Shown: positions 1 to 10,034, counted from the first letter of the stretch. The stretch is 64,000 nucleotides of DNA from Ilumatobacteraceae bacterium (GCA_039931555.1 JBDTRP010000116.1:45128-109127), one strand, 5' to 3'. Notes: generated from the sequence alone by a model not told the origin. A program made the numbers and translations.

Positions 1-913
1 CGGCGAGAGCGTGCACGGCGACCGTGGTCATCAGGTCGCAACGCGACTGCATCGTGAACGGGATCACCGCGTCGAGCTCGTTCACCCGACTGGCGAACTG
101 GGCCAGCCAGTCGCTGCGGAGGCCGAAGATGTCGTCGGCGAACCAGATGTGGTCCGGCGCGATCTCGGCCTTCACCGCAGCGAGCTCCTCGGCGACATCG
201 GCGGGCGTGCGCATCGCGTACCGCTGCCCCCAGATCGGCTTGGCGCACCAGTTGCAGTGATACGGGCAGCCGCGTGTGCTGACCATGTTGAGCGAGAACT
301 GGCCGTGGTGATCGACCCAGGCGCGCCGATAGGCCTCGACGTCGATGAGGTCGCGGGCCGGTCGTCCGAACACGTCGGGATGGCGCTCGATCGATCTCGA
401 GCGTGAAGCACGCACCGCGCCGCGCGACATGGTTGCAATGCCGTCGATCCCGTCATACGAAGGATGCTCGGGCCGGAGCTCCCATGCCTCGACCACCTCT
501 CTCACGGTGTGGTCACCCTCGCCCAGGATGCAGACATCGGCGCCTGCGGCCAGGTACACGTCGGCGTGGTCCGTGACATCGGCGCCGGCAACGGCAACGC
601 GACACCCGATCTCCTTGGCCATCGAGACCATCGTCAGGGCCGCTTCACGCATGCGCGCCAGGCACATCTTCGACAAGAAGTTGAAGTTGTCCTCGAACAG
701 CACTACGTGGCGTGGTCGATGATGACGCAGCGCCTCGGCGAACTCGTGCTCGCCGTCGGCCAACATTGCGTCGAACACGGCGACGGCGAACCCGAGGTTG
801 CGCAAGACCCCGGCCGCGTAGAGCGTGCCGAGCGGCGGGTACGGCCGCATCTTCTCCCACTGCTTGGGGTCGAGGCGCAGGTAATACGAATGGGCGAGCA
901 GGATTCCCGTCAT
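1..913 (-). CDS. B12-binding-domain radical SAM protein (3' end runs off the left window edge)
   Basis: Absent from the ORF track because there is no stop in the window. My reverse-strand translation from the ATG (rc of 911-913) reads MTGILLAHSYYLRLDPKQWEKMRPYPPLGTLYAAGVLR... and later ...FSLNMVSTRGCPYHCNWCAKPIWGQRY. That gives a CxxxCxxC radical SAM cluster motif around 240-300. The frame is consistent from 913 to 298. Confidence 0.8.
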   Translation of the reverse strand, partial: MTGILLAHSYYLRLDPKQWEKMRPYPPLGTLYAAGVLRNLGFAVAVFDAMLADGEHEFAEALRHHRPRHVVLFEDNFNFLSKMCLARMREAALTMVSMAKEIGCRVAVAGADVTDHADVYLAAGADVCILGEGDHTVREVVEAWELRPEHPSYDGIDGIATMSRGAVRASRSRSIERHPDVFGRPARDLIDVEAYRRAWVDHHGQFSLNMVSTRGCPYHCNWCAKPIWGQRYAMRTPADVAEELAAVKAEIAPDHIWFADDIFGLRSDWLAQFASRVNELDAVIPFTMQSRCDLMTTVAVHALA

Positions 914-965
914 GTCCTGGGCCAAGGTAGCCCAACCAATGGCCAACTGCCTGTGTACATTGAGC

Positions 966-2042
966 TTAAGACCTGCGACGTCGCGCATACGCTGTTACAA
1001 GCTCATCGGTGATCGTGCGCCACGACAAATGCCGCGATGAGTGCTCGACCACGACGGCTGGCGACATCTCGGCAGCCGCAACGATCAGGGCGCCGGCTGC
1101 CTCGGCGTCGCCCACCGGGAAACGTCTTGCCAGTTCCTTGACGATTGCCGCATGCGACGGAATCTCGGTGACCACCGGCCGGCATCCGAACCCCAGGGCC
1201 TCGATCAGCGAGTAGTTCGAACCCTCGCGATGACTCGTCGACAGGTACACGTCCGCACTGCGATACCAGCCCACCATCGCGGTGTGGGCGACGGGCGGGT
1301 GGAGGTGCACGCGTTCGGCGAGTCCCAGCGACTCGATCAGTTGCCGCACCTCGGCCTCCATGGTCCGATCGGTCGCCACCATGTGCAGTTCGGCGTCGCT
1401 GCCCAGGCGACGCGCCGCGGCAACGGCCCGGACGGCGCAGAGCGGATCCTTCGACGGGATCAACCGACCGACCCACAAGACACGAGGGTTCCCACCGAGC
1501 TCGGGTGCCTCGACCATGGCCGAAGCGTCGAGATGACTGGCTGATTCCAGCACCTCGTACACCCGCGCAGTTCGACCGATGGCCCCGACACGACGAAACG
1601 CTTCGGCCTGCTCCGCTGCCCCGGTGAACAGATAGCCGTCGACCATGTGGCGGGTGACCCGGCGGGCCACCCGGGCGCGCGTTGTCGACGGCGGCGGATC
1701 ACCGTGGTGTTGCATGAGGATCGGCACGTCGCGACCGACGGCTCGCCGGAGCGCAACCAGCACCCGGGTGAAGCCGAGACCATGCAAGTGCACGACGTCG
1801 GGGTGCAGGCCGGCGACCCGCCGCACCAGTTGCCGGTTACTCGGTTCGAAGTGGTAGTCGACGTCGTTGCGCTCGATCATCGCGCTCGATCGACTCGTGC
1901 GACAGCAGCCGATGGGTTCGATGTCGCCCCGCTCCTGCAACGCTTCGAGCGTCTTGGTGAACGTCGGCGACAGGTCGAGCGCCGCCTCGTGTTCGAGATC
2001 GCTCGCAGGCGGCATCACTACGACGACACGGAGCCGCTTCAC
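966..2042 (-). CDS. Glycosyltransferase, GT1/GT4 family
   Basis: ORF 966..2333. It carries the C-terminal GT-B signature ...YLSTSHREGSNYSLIEALGFGCRPVVTEIPSH. I set the start at GTG 2042 (VKRLRVVVVMPP), which overlaps the upstream stop as GTGA (translational coupling). Confidence 0.85.
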   Translation of the reverse strand: MKRLRVVVVMPPASDLEHEAALDLSPTFTKTLEALQERGDIEPIGCCRTSRSSAMIERNDVDYHFEPSNRQLVRRVAGLHPDVVHLHGLGFTRVLVALRRAVGRDVPILMQHHGDPPPSTTRARVARRVTRHMVDGYLFTGAAEQAEAFRRVGAIGRTARVYEVLESASHLDASAMVEAPELGGNPRVLWVGRLIPSKDPLCAVRAVAAARRLGSDAELHMVATDRTMEAEVRQLIESLGLAERVHLHPPVAHTAMVGWYRSADVYLSTSHREGSNYSLIEALGFGCRPVVTEIPSHAAIVKELARRFPVGDAEAAGALIVAAAEMSPAVVVEHSSRHLSWRTITDELVTAYARRRRS

Positions 2043-3091
2043 CGCCGCATCCGCGCCGAGTGAGACATCTGGCGCAGCACAGCCGCTCGCTCGGCCGGCC
2101 GCACCGCGAATGCCTGCCGCCAGCCGATCGTGGTGCGCGCCGCCCGGGCGCGAAGCGTGGCCTCGGGGTCGAGGTGATCGAGCCGGGACCTCGCCGATCG
2201 AGTCAGCCGGTTCAGTTGCCGGGCGAGCACGTCGGCGGGTACTACGCCCGGCAGCAGACGAGACGACAGCCACAACCCGGGCCCCGTCAACCTCGGGTCG
2301 CACTGCTCGAGCAGGCCGGCCACCTCCGCCCAATCCGCACCGGCGAGATCACAGAACCACACATCGACCACGTTCAGGGCGCGTACCTCGCACCGCACGA
2401 CGGTCGAACTGAGGTGCCCGATCACCGATGTGGTCACGCCGGCCAGGTCGAGGCGGGCACAGTCCGCCCCACAGAGAGAACGCATGGTCGTGTTCGCCTC
2501 GATCGGCATCCCACCCACGACATATCCGTGGATGAACTCGCCCCAATCGGGGTGCAACTCGACCCGGCCATTGTGATCCGCCGACTCGCCGTCGGTCGCC
2601 CCGACCGAGCCATCGCCCCACGCCAGGAACGTGTCCTCGTGCGCAGACGAACCGTCGAAGACGAACCCGGCGCGCTCGAGCGCCGCACCCGCCTGAGCGC
2701 GCAGCCGCGACGGCACGATCACATCGATGTCCGACATCGGGCGGGCCGATGGATACGGCCAGATCCCGTTGGTCAACTCGGCGCCCTTCACCGGCGTGGC
2801 GGGCACGCCGACCCGGCCCAGCGCGGTCAGCACTGCGGCGATCACCGGTCGGAATCGGTCGACGCGATCGGCAACCTGGCGACGCTGCTGGTCGAGGTAG
2901 GGCTGCGATTCGACGGCGAAGTCGGTGGCGGCCACCTCGGCCACGAGGGCGGTCAGGCCCGTCGCGAACCCGGCCCGCTGTAGTTCCGGCAGCGTCATCA
3001 CCGGCGCTGCAGCAACGCCACCGCGGAGCCGGTCGAGCACGAACTGCAGCAAAGTGAGTTGCCGCGCACGGGCGACGGGTGCGTCGGTCAT
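2039..3091 (-). CDS. Nucleotidyltransferase family protein (uncharacterised NTP_transf_5/PF14907-like)
   Basis: ORF 2039..3091. The ...VKGAELTNGIWPYPSARPMSDIDVIVP... motif is typical of this nucleotidyltransferase fold. It is co-directional with and coupled to the downstream GT. Confidence 0.65.
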   Translation of the reverse strand: MTDAPVARARQLTLLQFVLDRLRGGVAAAPVMTLPELQRAGFATGLTALVAEVAATDFAVESQPYLDQQRRQVADRVDRFRPVIAAVLTALGRVGVPATPVKGAELTNGIWPYPSARPMSDIDVIVPSRLRAQAGAALERAGFVFDGSSAHEDTFLAWGDGSVGATDGESADHNGRVELHPDWGEFIHGYVVGGMPIEANTTMRSLCGADCARLDLAGVTTSVIGHLSSTVVRCEVRALNVVDVWFCDLAGADWAEVAGLLEQCDPRLTGPGLWLSSRLLPGVVPADVLARQLNRLTRSARSRLDHLDPEATLRARAARTTIGWRQAFAVRPAERAAVLRQMSHSARMRR

Positions 3092-3140
3092 CGAATCGAT
3101 GGGCGAAGGCTACGGCCGTCGCCTCGGCCAGACTGTGCCG

Positions 3141-4262
3141 ATGCGGATCGTGCTCGTCGTGCCGGGTGGGGTCGACCCACCGGGCTCGCCACGGGTCATT
3201 CCGTTCATCCACGGTCTCGTCGCCGACCTGAGCTCACGACACGAGGTCCTGGTGATCGCCGTCGGCCACGACACCGCGGCTGGAGCGTGGCCGCTGTTCG
3301 GTGCGGAGGTGATCAACGTGCCCGTCGGGCGGCACAGCAAATCCGATATCGCCAGGGTGGTGCGCCGTGTCAGCAACCTCTCCGGCGCGGGCGGACGGCC
3401 CGACGTGATCCACGGCCTGTGGGCCAACCTGCCCGGCTTCGCGGCAGCAATGGCCGCGCGTCGCCATCGGCGGCCCAGCGTGGTCTCGGTGTGCGGCGGC
3501 GAGTTCGCCGCGTTGGCAGACATCGCTTATGGCGGCGGGTTGCGCCGAGGCAGCCTGCTGATGGCCCAGGCCTCGACGCGTGCGGCAACCGCGGTCACGG
3601 TCGCCACGTCGTGGATGCACGCACACGTGACGGGCTGCGGCGGTCGGGTCGACGAGATCATCCCGCTCGGAGCAGACACCACGATCTTCTCCCGCCCCAC
3701 TTCCACACCGATCCCGCATCGGGTCGCCCACGTGGCGAACCTCAACCGGGTCAAGGACCAGGAGCTGCTGCTCCAAGCCTTTCGCGCCGTGGTCGACGCG
3801 TACCCCGGCGCGGCGCTCGACATCGCCGGTCTCGACACGCTCGACGGCCAGGTCCAACGTCTGGCGGCGACGCTCGGCCTCGATGAGCGTGTTCGGTTCC
3901 ACGGATATCTGCCGGCGCCCGAGCTGGCGACCATGATCAGCGACGCCACACTCCACGTGCTGTCATCACGGCACGACGCCGGCCCGGTGGCGGTGCTGGA
4001 GGCCGCAGCTTGCGGCGTCGCAACGGTCGGGACTGCGGTTGGCCACGTCGCCGACCTGGCGGCGCTGCCACGGCCTGGCGCGTTCGCAGTCCCCGGTCGT
4101 CGACCCGCCGTCCTGGCCGAGGCGATCCTCGCCGTGTTGGCAGACGATGAGGGCCGCCGACTCGTGGCCGACACGGCGCACGCATGGGCCCTGGCACATG
4201 ACGCCGCCCACACGTCGCGGGCCTTCGAGGCCCTCTACCGCAGGGTGAGCGCCAACCGCTGA
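3141..4262 (+). CDS. Glycosyltransferase, GT1/GT4 family
   Basis: ORF 2925..4262. MRIVLVVPGG... is a typical GT4 N-terminus. The C-terminal half reads ...HVLSSRHDAGPVAVLEAAACGVATVGT. I set the start at ATG 3141. It is divergent from the nucleotidyltransferase gene. Confidence 0.8.
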   Translation: MRIVLVVPGGVDPPGSPRVIPFIHGLVADLSSRHEVLVIAVGHDTAAGAWPLFGAEVINVPVGRHSKSDIARVVRRVSNLSGAGGRPDVIHGLWANLPGFAAAMAARRHRRPSVVSVCGGEFAALADIAYGGGLRRGSLLMAQASTRAATAVTVATSWMHAHVTGCGGRVDEIIPLGADTTIFSRPTSTPIPHRVAHVANLNRVKDQELLLQAFRAVVDAYPGAALDIAGLDTLDGQVQRLAATLGLDERVRFHGYLPAPELATMISDATLHVLSSRHDAGPVAVLEAAACGVATVGTAVGHVADLAALPRPGAFAVPGRRPAVLAEAILAVLADDEGRRLVADTAHAWALAHDAAHTSRAFEALYRRVSANR

Positions 4263-5158
4263 AGCGCGTCAGCCGCGTCGGCGGGTGATGTGCCGCGGTG
4301 CAGCACGAACCGGGGCCGATCGAGCAAGCGGTGCACCCACTGCCGGGTCAGCGTCTCGTGCTCGGTCGGCAACGCCGACCGCCAGAACCGATCGGCGGCC
4401 TCGTCGAGATCGATCTCGTCGATGGCGAGATCCCCGTCGGGGTCGATGAACACCACGGCCTGCACACGGTGCCGCACGATCTGCTGGTCGACGGGCGGGA
4501 TGATCGGGATCTTCCAGCGGTCGTCCGACGGGTGTGGCACGACCGCCGCACCGCGCAGCTCGGGAAACCGCTCCGCTGCCACCGTTGTCATCATCATCCG
4601 CCACGGGTAGCCGGTCAGCACGTCGGGGCCGTGGGCGGCCGAGCCGTACAGCCAATCGTCGCTGACCACTCCCATGCCAGCCCGCATGCAGCAGTACGTC
4701 AGCGTCGACTTGCCGGCGCCCGACACTCCGCGCAGCATCAGCCCACGCGCTCCACTGACGACGAGCGCGCTGTGCACCGCGTGAAGGCGACCGGCGTGCG
4801 TGTGCATGCTGGTGAAGCCGCCCTCGATCATCAACCGCAAGGCGTCGGCCTCGCCGAGCATCGCCGGCGCCAGCGTGATCGCCGCGAGCCCGGCCCGACG
4901 ATCGAGCATCATCATCGATTGACCGCAGCGCACGATCAGCTGATCACCGTCGATCTCGGCGGTCATCGCCGGCCAACCCGAGGGCTGGTCCAGCGAGTCG
5001 TCGACCGTTGCCTCGACACGCAACGTTCCGCCGATGGCTGGATCTGCCGGATACCGACCGAGCCCGGCGCGCACCTGTTCGAGCAGTTCGACGTTGTCGG
5101 TGTCGATGACCAGTGTCGACCCGAACGGCGTGATCTCGATGGTCCGCCGCTCACGCAT
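4235..5158 (-). CDS. HPr kinase-related (HprK-like) P-loop kinase family protein
   Basis: ORF 4235..5158. It has a Walker A-like motif, LMLRGVSGAGKSTLTYCCMRAGMGVVSDD, as in the C-terminal domain of HPr kinase/phosphorylase-like proteins. The 3' end overlaps the convergent GT by 28 nt. Confidence 0.6.
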   Translation of the reverse strand: MRERRTIEITPFGSTLVIDTDNVELLEQVRAGLGRYPADPAIGGTLRVEATVDDSLDQPSGWPAMTAEIDGDQLIVRCGQSMMMLDRRAGLAAITLAPAMLGEADALRLMIEGGFTSMHTHAGRLHAVHSALVVSGARGLMLRGVSGAGKSTLTYCCMRAGMGVVSDDWLYGSAAHGPDVLTGYPWRMMMTTVAAERFPELRGAAVVPHPSDDRWKIPIIPPVDQQIVRHRVQAVVFIDPDGDLAIDEIDLDEAADRFWRSALPTEHETLTRQWVHRLLDRPRFVLHRGTSPADAADALQRLALTLR

Positions 5159-5205
5159 GATTGCTCACTGTAGAACCCGGTGAGGTCGTGGCTTAGTGTG
5201 ATCCC

Positions 5206-6591
5206 ATGTCCGACCTACCCCAATTCGATCGCAAGATGAGCGACGCGGAGGGGTTGATGTGGCGTCTCGAGAAGGATCCACACCTGTCGAGCACGTTCGC
5301 CGCAGTGACCGTCCTCGATCGACCGCCCGACTTCGATCGCCTGCTGACGCGGATGGATCGCGCTGTGCACGTCGTCGAGCGACTCGGCCAGCGCGTACAG
5401 CCGGTGCCCGTCAACCTGACGGCGCCGACCTGGGTCACCGACAGCAACTTCGACCTGCGGTACCACGTTCGCCACCTCGCCCTGCCGAAGCCGGGAACCA
5501 TGCGGCAGTTGCTCGATCTCGCCAGCCTGATCGCCTGCGACCCATTCGATCGAACCCGGCCACTGTGGCAGTTCGTGGTCGTCGACGGCCTGCGCGGTGG
5601 CAAGTCGGCACTGATCGAGAAGCTGCACCACGCGATCACCGATGGAGAAGGCAGTGTGAAGTTGTCGCTGCAGTTCCTCGACTTCCAACGCGACGCGCCC
5701 GACCCGCCGCCGCTCGACCCGGCGCAGGTCGCCGACCACGACCCTGCCCCTGCGGACTCCAACGGCGATCTCTTGCGCGATCTGCTGGCCGGCAGTCTGC
5801 GCATGCCGCTCGGCATCCTTCGCCAGATCAAGGATCTGCTCAGCGATCCGGCGGGAATCCCCGAGGCCGGCTCCGCCGCCGCCGACACCGTGCGGGGTGT
5901 GGTCAACCAGCTCAGCGACACCGAGCAGGCCCGCTCGCCACTGTGGACGCAGCGATCATTGCGCCGGCGGATGGAGGTGCTGCGCGCCCCCTTCGACGAG
6001 ACGCGTGCCGCTGCCAAGCGGCTGGGGGGCACGTTGAACACCGCCTTCCTCACTGCTGCGGCCGAGGCGGCCGGCCGGTACCACGAGCGCATGGGATCGC
6101 CCATCGACGAGCTGCGGGCCAGCATGGCCATCAGCACACGCAGCGAAGGCTCCGGGTCCAACGCATTTTCGCTGGCTCGCATGCTGGTGCCGACCGGTGA
6201 CATGTCGATCGGCGAGCGCTTCAGCTGGATTCAAGCGGCCGCCGGCGCCGCTCGGGAATCGAACTCGACGGCGTCGCTCGAAACGCTGGCCGCCGTCGCC
6301 TCGACGCTGCCGACCTCGCTGATCACCCGACTGGCACGGCAACAGGCGCAAACGGTCGATTTCGCGACGTCGAACGTGCGCGGTGCACCCGTGCCGCTGT
6401 TCATCGCTGGGGCCGAGATCCTGGAGAACTATGCGGTCGGCCCGCTCGCCGGCGTGGCCTACAACCTGACGCTGTTGAGCTACAACCACAGCCTCGACAT
6501 GGGCGTCAACATCGACACTGCTGCAGTCACCGAACCCGAACTGCTGCGCGAGTGCCTGGAGAAGGCGTTCGCCGATCTGATCACGGCGTAG
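5206..6591 (+). CDS. Wax ester synthase/diacylglycerol acyltransferase (WS/DGAT) family protein
   Basis: ORF 5206..6591. It contains the catalytic HHxxxDG motif (KLHHAITDGEGSVKL), and its length (461 aa) is typical. Confidence 0.85.
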   Translation: MSDLPQFDRKMSDAEGLMWRLEKDPHLSSTFAAVTVLDRPPDFDRLLTRMDRAVHVVERLGQRVQPVPVNLTAPTWVTDSNFDLRYHVRHLALPKPGTMRQLLDLASLIACDPFDRTRPLWQFVVVDGLRGGKSALIEKLHHAITDGEGSVKLSLQFLDFQRDAPDPPPLDPAQVADHDPAPADSNGDLLRDLLAGSLRMPLGILRQIKDLLSDPAGIPEAGSAAADTVRGVVNQLSDTEQARSPLWTQRSLRRRMEVLRAPFDETRAAAKRLGGTLNTAFLTAAAEAAGRYHERMGSPIDELRASMAISTRSEGSGSNAFSLARMLVPTGDMSIGERFSWIQAAAGAARESNSTASLETLAAVASTLPTSLITRLARQQAQTVDFATSNVRGAPVPLFIAGAEILENYAVGPLAGVAYNLTLLSYNHSLDMGVNIDTAAVTEPELLRECLEKAFADLITA

Positions 6592-6597
6592 TGCGGA

Positions 6598-6765
6598 TCA
6601 GGCGTCAGTGCTGGCGGTCGCCGGCAACGTCAGCAAGGTGCGGACGTCGAGCAACACGTCGGTGACCTCGCCGGACGACACCAACTCGCGGCGCAGCATC
6701 TGCGCGAGAGCCTTGTCGATCACGCTCAAAGCCTCTGTGATGACTGCGTCATTGTTGTCGGTCAT
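6598..6765 (-). CDS. Small hypothetical protein (55 aa)
   Basis: Inner ATG of ORF 6598..6852 (MTDNNDAVITEALSV...). It is preceded by AAGGAG (rc of 6774-6779) at good spacing. Confidence 0.4.
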   Translation of the reverse strand: MTDNNDAVITEALSVIDKALAQMLRRELVSSGEVTDVLLDVRTLLTLPATASTDA

Positions 6766-6887
6766 CTGATGCTGACTCCTTACCGCTGCTAGCCCCTCCC
6801 GAGACCGTAACTCGTGCGGGAGGCTCCGAACGTGCATCGTACCGGCAACCACTCACATACGTGGTGTGACGCGTACCATCGCGGGCA

Positions 6888-7691
6888 ATGGAATTCGATG
6901 GGCGTCACGTCATTGTCACCGGTGCTGCAAACGGGATCGGTCGTGCGCTGGCCAGGCGGTTCCACGCCGAGGGCGCCAGAGTCGTCGCGTCCGATGTCGA
7001 CGCGACGGGCTTGACCACGGTGGTCGAGCAACTCAACGCCATCCGTCAGCGCAGCGCGGTCGCGCTGGCCGCCGACGTGGGCACCGAGGCAGGCAACCAC
7101 TTCCTCGTCGCTGCCGCCGAGGATGTGTTCGGGCCGATCGACCTGTTCTTCGCCAATGCCGGGGTCGCAGTCGGCACCGACCTCAGCACCGCCGAGACCG
7201 AGTGGCAGACCGCGTTCGACATCAACGTGCATGCCCATCGCTGGGCCGCGAAGTACCTTCTGCCCGGTTGGCTGGCCCGCGGCGAGGGCTACTTCTGCTC
7301 CACGGCCTCAGCAGCAGGCCTGCTGAGTCAGATCGGGTCGGCGCCCTACTCGTTGACCAAACATGCCGCAGTTGCCTTCGCCGAGTGGATGAGCATCACC
7401 TACGGCGATCAAGGCGTCCGGGTGAGTTGCCTGTGTCCGCAAGGGGTCAACACCAACATGCTCAATGCGGGTCCGATCACGTCGAACGGGGCGGGCAACG
7501 TCGTGCGCGCATCCGGCGTCGTGCTGGAGCCCGACGACGTTGCCGAGGTTGCCATCGGGATCATCCGCGCCGAGACGTTCCTGATCTTGCCGCACCCCGA
7601 GGTGCTCACGTATCTCCAACGCAAGACCGGCGATTACGACCGGTGGCTCGCCGGCATGCGCAAGTTGCAGGCCCGGATCGTCGGCGGCTGA
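6888..7691 (+). CDS. SDR family oxidoreductase
   Basis: VIVTGAANGIGRALARRF Rossmann motif (TGxxxGxG). 267 aa. Confidence 0.9.
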   Translation: MEFDGRHVIVTGAANGIGRALARRFHAEGARVVASDVDATGLTTVVEQLNAIRQRSAVALAADVGTEAGNHFLVAAAEDVFGPIDLFFANAGVAVGTDLSTAETEWQTAFDINVHAHRWAAKYLLPGWLARGEGYFCSTASAAGLLSQIGSAPYSLTKHAAVAFAEWMSITYGDQGVRVSCLCPQGVNTNMLNAGPITSNGAGNVVRASGVVLEPDDVAEVAIGIIRAETFLILPHPEVLTYLQRKTGDYDRWLAGMRKLQARIVGG

Positions 7692-7701
7692 GCAACGAGC
7701 G

Positions 7702-8007
7702 ATGTTCGACGCAGAGATACTCGCGCAGTTGCGCTTGACGAGCGGCGAATCGGTGCGGTTCCGCAAGGTCGACGGTGGACGTTGGCTACCCGGCAAGATG
7801 TCTGGCGTCGCGATCGACGGCAGCATCACGATCCACGACGCCAACGGTGCGGCGCGCAGCCTGCGCCCCGAGCGCGTCGAGGTGCGCAGGCCCGGCAGTC
7901 GCGGGCGACTGACCTGGCAGTTGGTCAGTGATGTCGCCATCACATGGGAGCAGTTGACACTGTGGGGCGAGGCTCCCGCCTCGAAAGCGTCGCGGCGACG
8001 AACGTAG
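7702..8007 (+). CDS. Hypothetical protein
   Basis: ORF 7702..8007 with an ATG start 10 nt after the SDR stop and good GC3. I recognise no motif. Confidence 0.5.
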   Translation: MFDAEILAQLRLTSGESVRFRKVDGGRWLPGKMSGVAIDGSITIHDANGAARSLRPERVEVRRPGSRGRLTWQLVSDVAITWEQLTLWGEAPASKASRRRT

Positions 8008-8018
8008 CCTCAGCGCCC

Positions 8019-8654
8019 ATGACCGAGTCAGCCCGAATCGACGTCGAACCTGATCCCGTGCCGATCGTGCTGATCCTCGCGGCCACGTTGCGACGGGCGG
8101 CACGGACTCCGAGGTTGGCGACCGCGATCGGTCGCATCAAGGGCAACGTGGCGCTGAAGTCGACGACCGACCCGCAGTCGGCCACGATGCGTTTCGGCAA
8201 CGGTGGCGTCACCGTAGTGCGCGGAGTGTCCGCCGACACCGACGTACTGATCGCCGCTGATCTCAACACCATGGCCGATGAGAAGGCACCGTCGCCCAAG
8301 GTCCGCGGCGTGGCCAAGCATCCGAAGTTGGCCCTGACCGTGGGCAAGCTCCTCGATCCGCCGCACGGCACCTGGCAGCAGGAGGCTCAGCGTTTCTTCA
8401 CCTTCGCTGCGCAACGCCCCGGCGTTCCGCGATCGATCCGTGTCGTCTGTACCGACGATGGGTCCGAGATCGTGCTCGGCGACTCGCCCGTCGAGTACGA
8501 ACTGCACGGCAGCGAGCACGCCCTGTTCAACATCTTCCTCGGCAACACCGTGCTGGGCCAGGATCTGCTCGACGGCAAGGTCTACGGGGTCGGCAAGCTC
8601 GCCCATCTGGCCACACTGACCGGTGGGTCGCTGGCGTGGATGTTGGGGCAGTGA
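8019..8654 (+). CDS. Hypothetical protein, possibly SCP2/sterol-carrier-like
   Basis: ORF 7944..8654, with the start moved to ATG 8019 (MTESARID...). The fold call is weak and rests on resemblance by eye only. Confidence 0.45.
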   Translation: MTESARIDVEPDPVPIVLILAATLRRAARTPRLATAIGRIKGNVALKSTTDPQSATMRFGNGGVTVVRGVSADTDVLIAADLNTMADEKAPSPKVRGVAKHPKLALTVGKLLDPPHGTWQQEAQRFFTFAAQRPGVPRSIRVVCTDDGSEIVLGDSPVEYELHGSEHALFNIFLGNTVLGQDLLDGKVYGVGKLAHLATLTGGSLAWMLGQ

Positions 8655-8656
8655 GC

Positions 8657-10030
8657 ATGGACGCGACACAGGCAGCGGCGTGGCTCGACGAGCGCGGCAT
8701 CGTCTGGGTCAAGACCGAGGGGATCTCGATCGACGGCCTGGTGATCGGCAAGCACCTCTCGACGCGCAAGTTCATCTCGTCGCTGCCACTCGGCAACGCG
8801 ATCACCGAGCTCGTGTTGGGGTACGACGTCGGCGGGACTCCGTTCCTGGCGTGGTGGAACGACTGGCGTCGCGAGGCGCTCGGCGACCTCCATCAGCGAC
8901 CCGATCTGTCGACGTTGGTCGTCGCGCCTGATCGCCCCGCAACCGCCAACGTCATCTGTGACATGGTCGACCCCGACGGCAGCAGCGTGCCGGTGTGCCC
9001 ACGTTCCAAGCTGCACAGCATGACCGAGCGGCTGGCGACCCACGGCTTGATTGCCAAGGCCGCATTCGAAATCGAGGTGATGCTGTTCGAGGAGTCGTTC
9101 GCGCAGGCACGAACGATGAAGATGCGCGACCTGACCCCCATGGCACACACTGCTCCGCTCGGGTACCTCCACTACAACTCTCGCCAGCAGTTGCGGTTCC
9201 TCGATGTCGTGCTGCAACGCCTCGACGGCCTCGGCGTGCCCATCGAGGGGTGGCACGACGAAGCTGCTCCGGGCCAAGTCGAGCTCAACATCGACCCCGC
9301 CGATCCGGTCACTTCTTGCGACCACGTGATCCGCATCAAGCAGGTGCTGCGAGAGGTGGCATTGGAGCAAGGCCGCTCGGTGACCTTCATGGCCAAACCG
9401 GGTCACCAGTACGGCAACGGGCTGCACGTACATCACTCGCTGGCCCGCGATGGCGTGCCGGTGTTCTACGCGCCGGACGGGCACGAGCTGTCGGATACGT
9501 CGAGGCACTGGATCGGCGGGTTGATGGCCACGATGCCGGCGGCGACCTCGATCTTCTGCCCGAACGTCAACTCGTTCCGGCGATTGGTGGGTTTTGTCGC
9601 AGCGCCCACGGTGGCGTCGTGGGGAGAGGACGACAAGTCAGCGGCGGTGCGCGTGCTCTCTCGGTCGCCGAACTCGGCGCGCATCGAGAACCGCGTTGCC
9701 GGGGCCGATGCCAATCCGTACCTCGTGCTCGCTGCCGTGCTGGCCGGCGGGATCGCCGGCATGGAACAAACCATCGAGCCACCCGCTCCTCTTGGCGTCG
9801 CCGGATGGGGCTTGCCGGCCGGCTACCCGCACCTGCCCAACACGATCTCCAAGGCTGCAGATGCGATGGCATCGGACTCGATCTTGCGCAGCGTGCTCGG
9901 CGACGAGTTCTGCGAGTACTGGGTCAACACACGCCGGTGGGAATGGTTGATGTACCACACCACCGGAGGTGATCCGTTGGCAACCACCGTGACCCAATGG
10001 GAGCTCGACCGACTGTTCGAGATCGTCTGA
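8657..10030 (+). CDS. Glutamine synthetase family protein (gamma-glutamyl-amine synthetase, PuuA/GlnA3-like)
   Basis: ORF 8636..10030. Catalytic-domain blocks of GS type I-like enzymes are present (...FMAKPGHQYGNGLHVHHSL..., ...NSFRRLV..., ...SARIENRVAGADANPYL). ATG 8657 avoids overlap with the upstream gene. Confidence 0.85.
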   Translation: MDATQAAAWLDERGIVWVKTEGISIDGLVIGKHLSTRKFISSLPLGNAITELVLGYDVGGTPFLAWWNDWRREALGDLHQRPDLSTLVVAPDRPATANVICDMVDPDGSSVPVCPRSKLHSMTERLATHGLIAKAAFEIEVMLFEESFAQARTMKMRDLTPMAHTAPLGYLHYNSRQQLRFLDVVLQRLDGLGVPIEGWHDEAAPGQVELNIDPADPVTSCDHVIRIKQVLREVALEQGRSVTFMAKPGHQYGNGLHVHHSLARDGVPVFYAPDGHELSDTSRHWIGGLMATMPAATSIFCPNVNSFRRLVGFVAAPTVASWGEDDKSAAVRVLSRSPNSARIENRVAGADANPYLVLAAVLAGGIAGMEQTIEPPAPLGVAGWGLPAGYPHLPNTISKAADAMASDSILRSVLGDEFCEYWVNTRRWEWLMYHTTGGDPLATTVTQWELDRLFEIV

Positions 10031-10034
10031 GATC

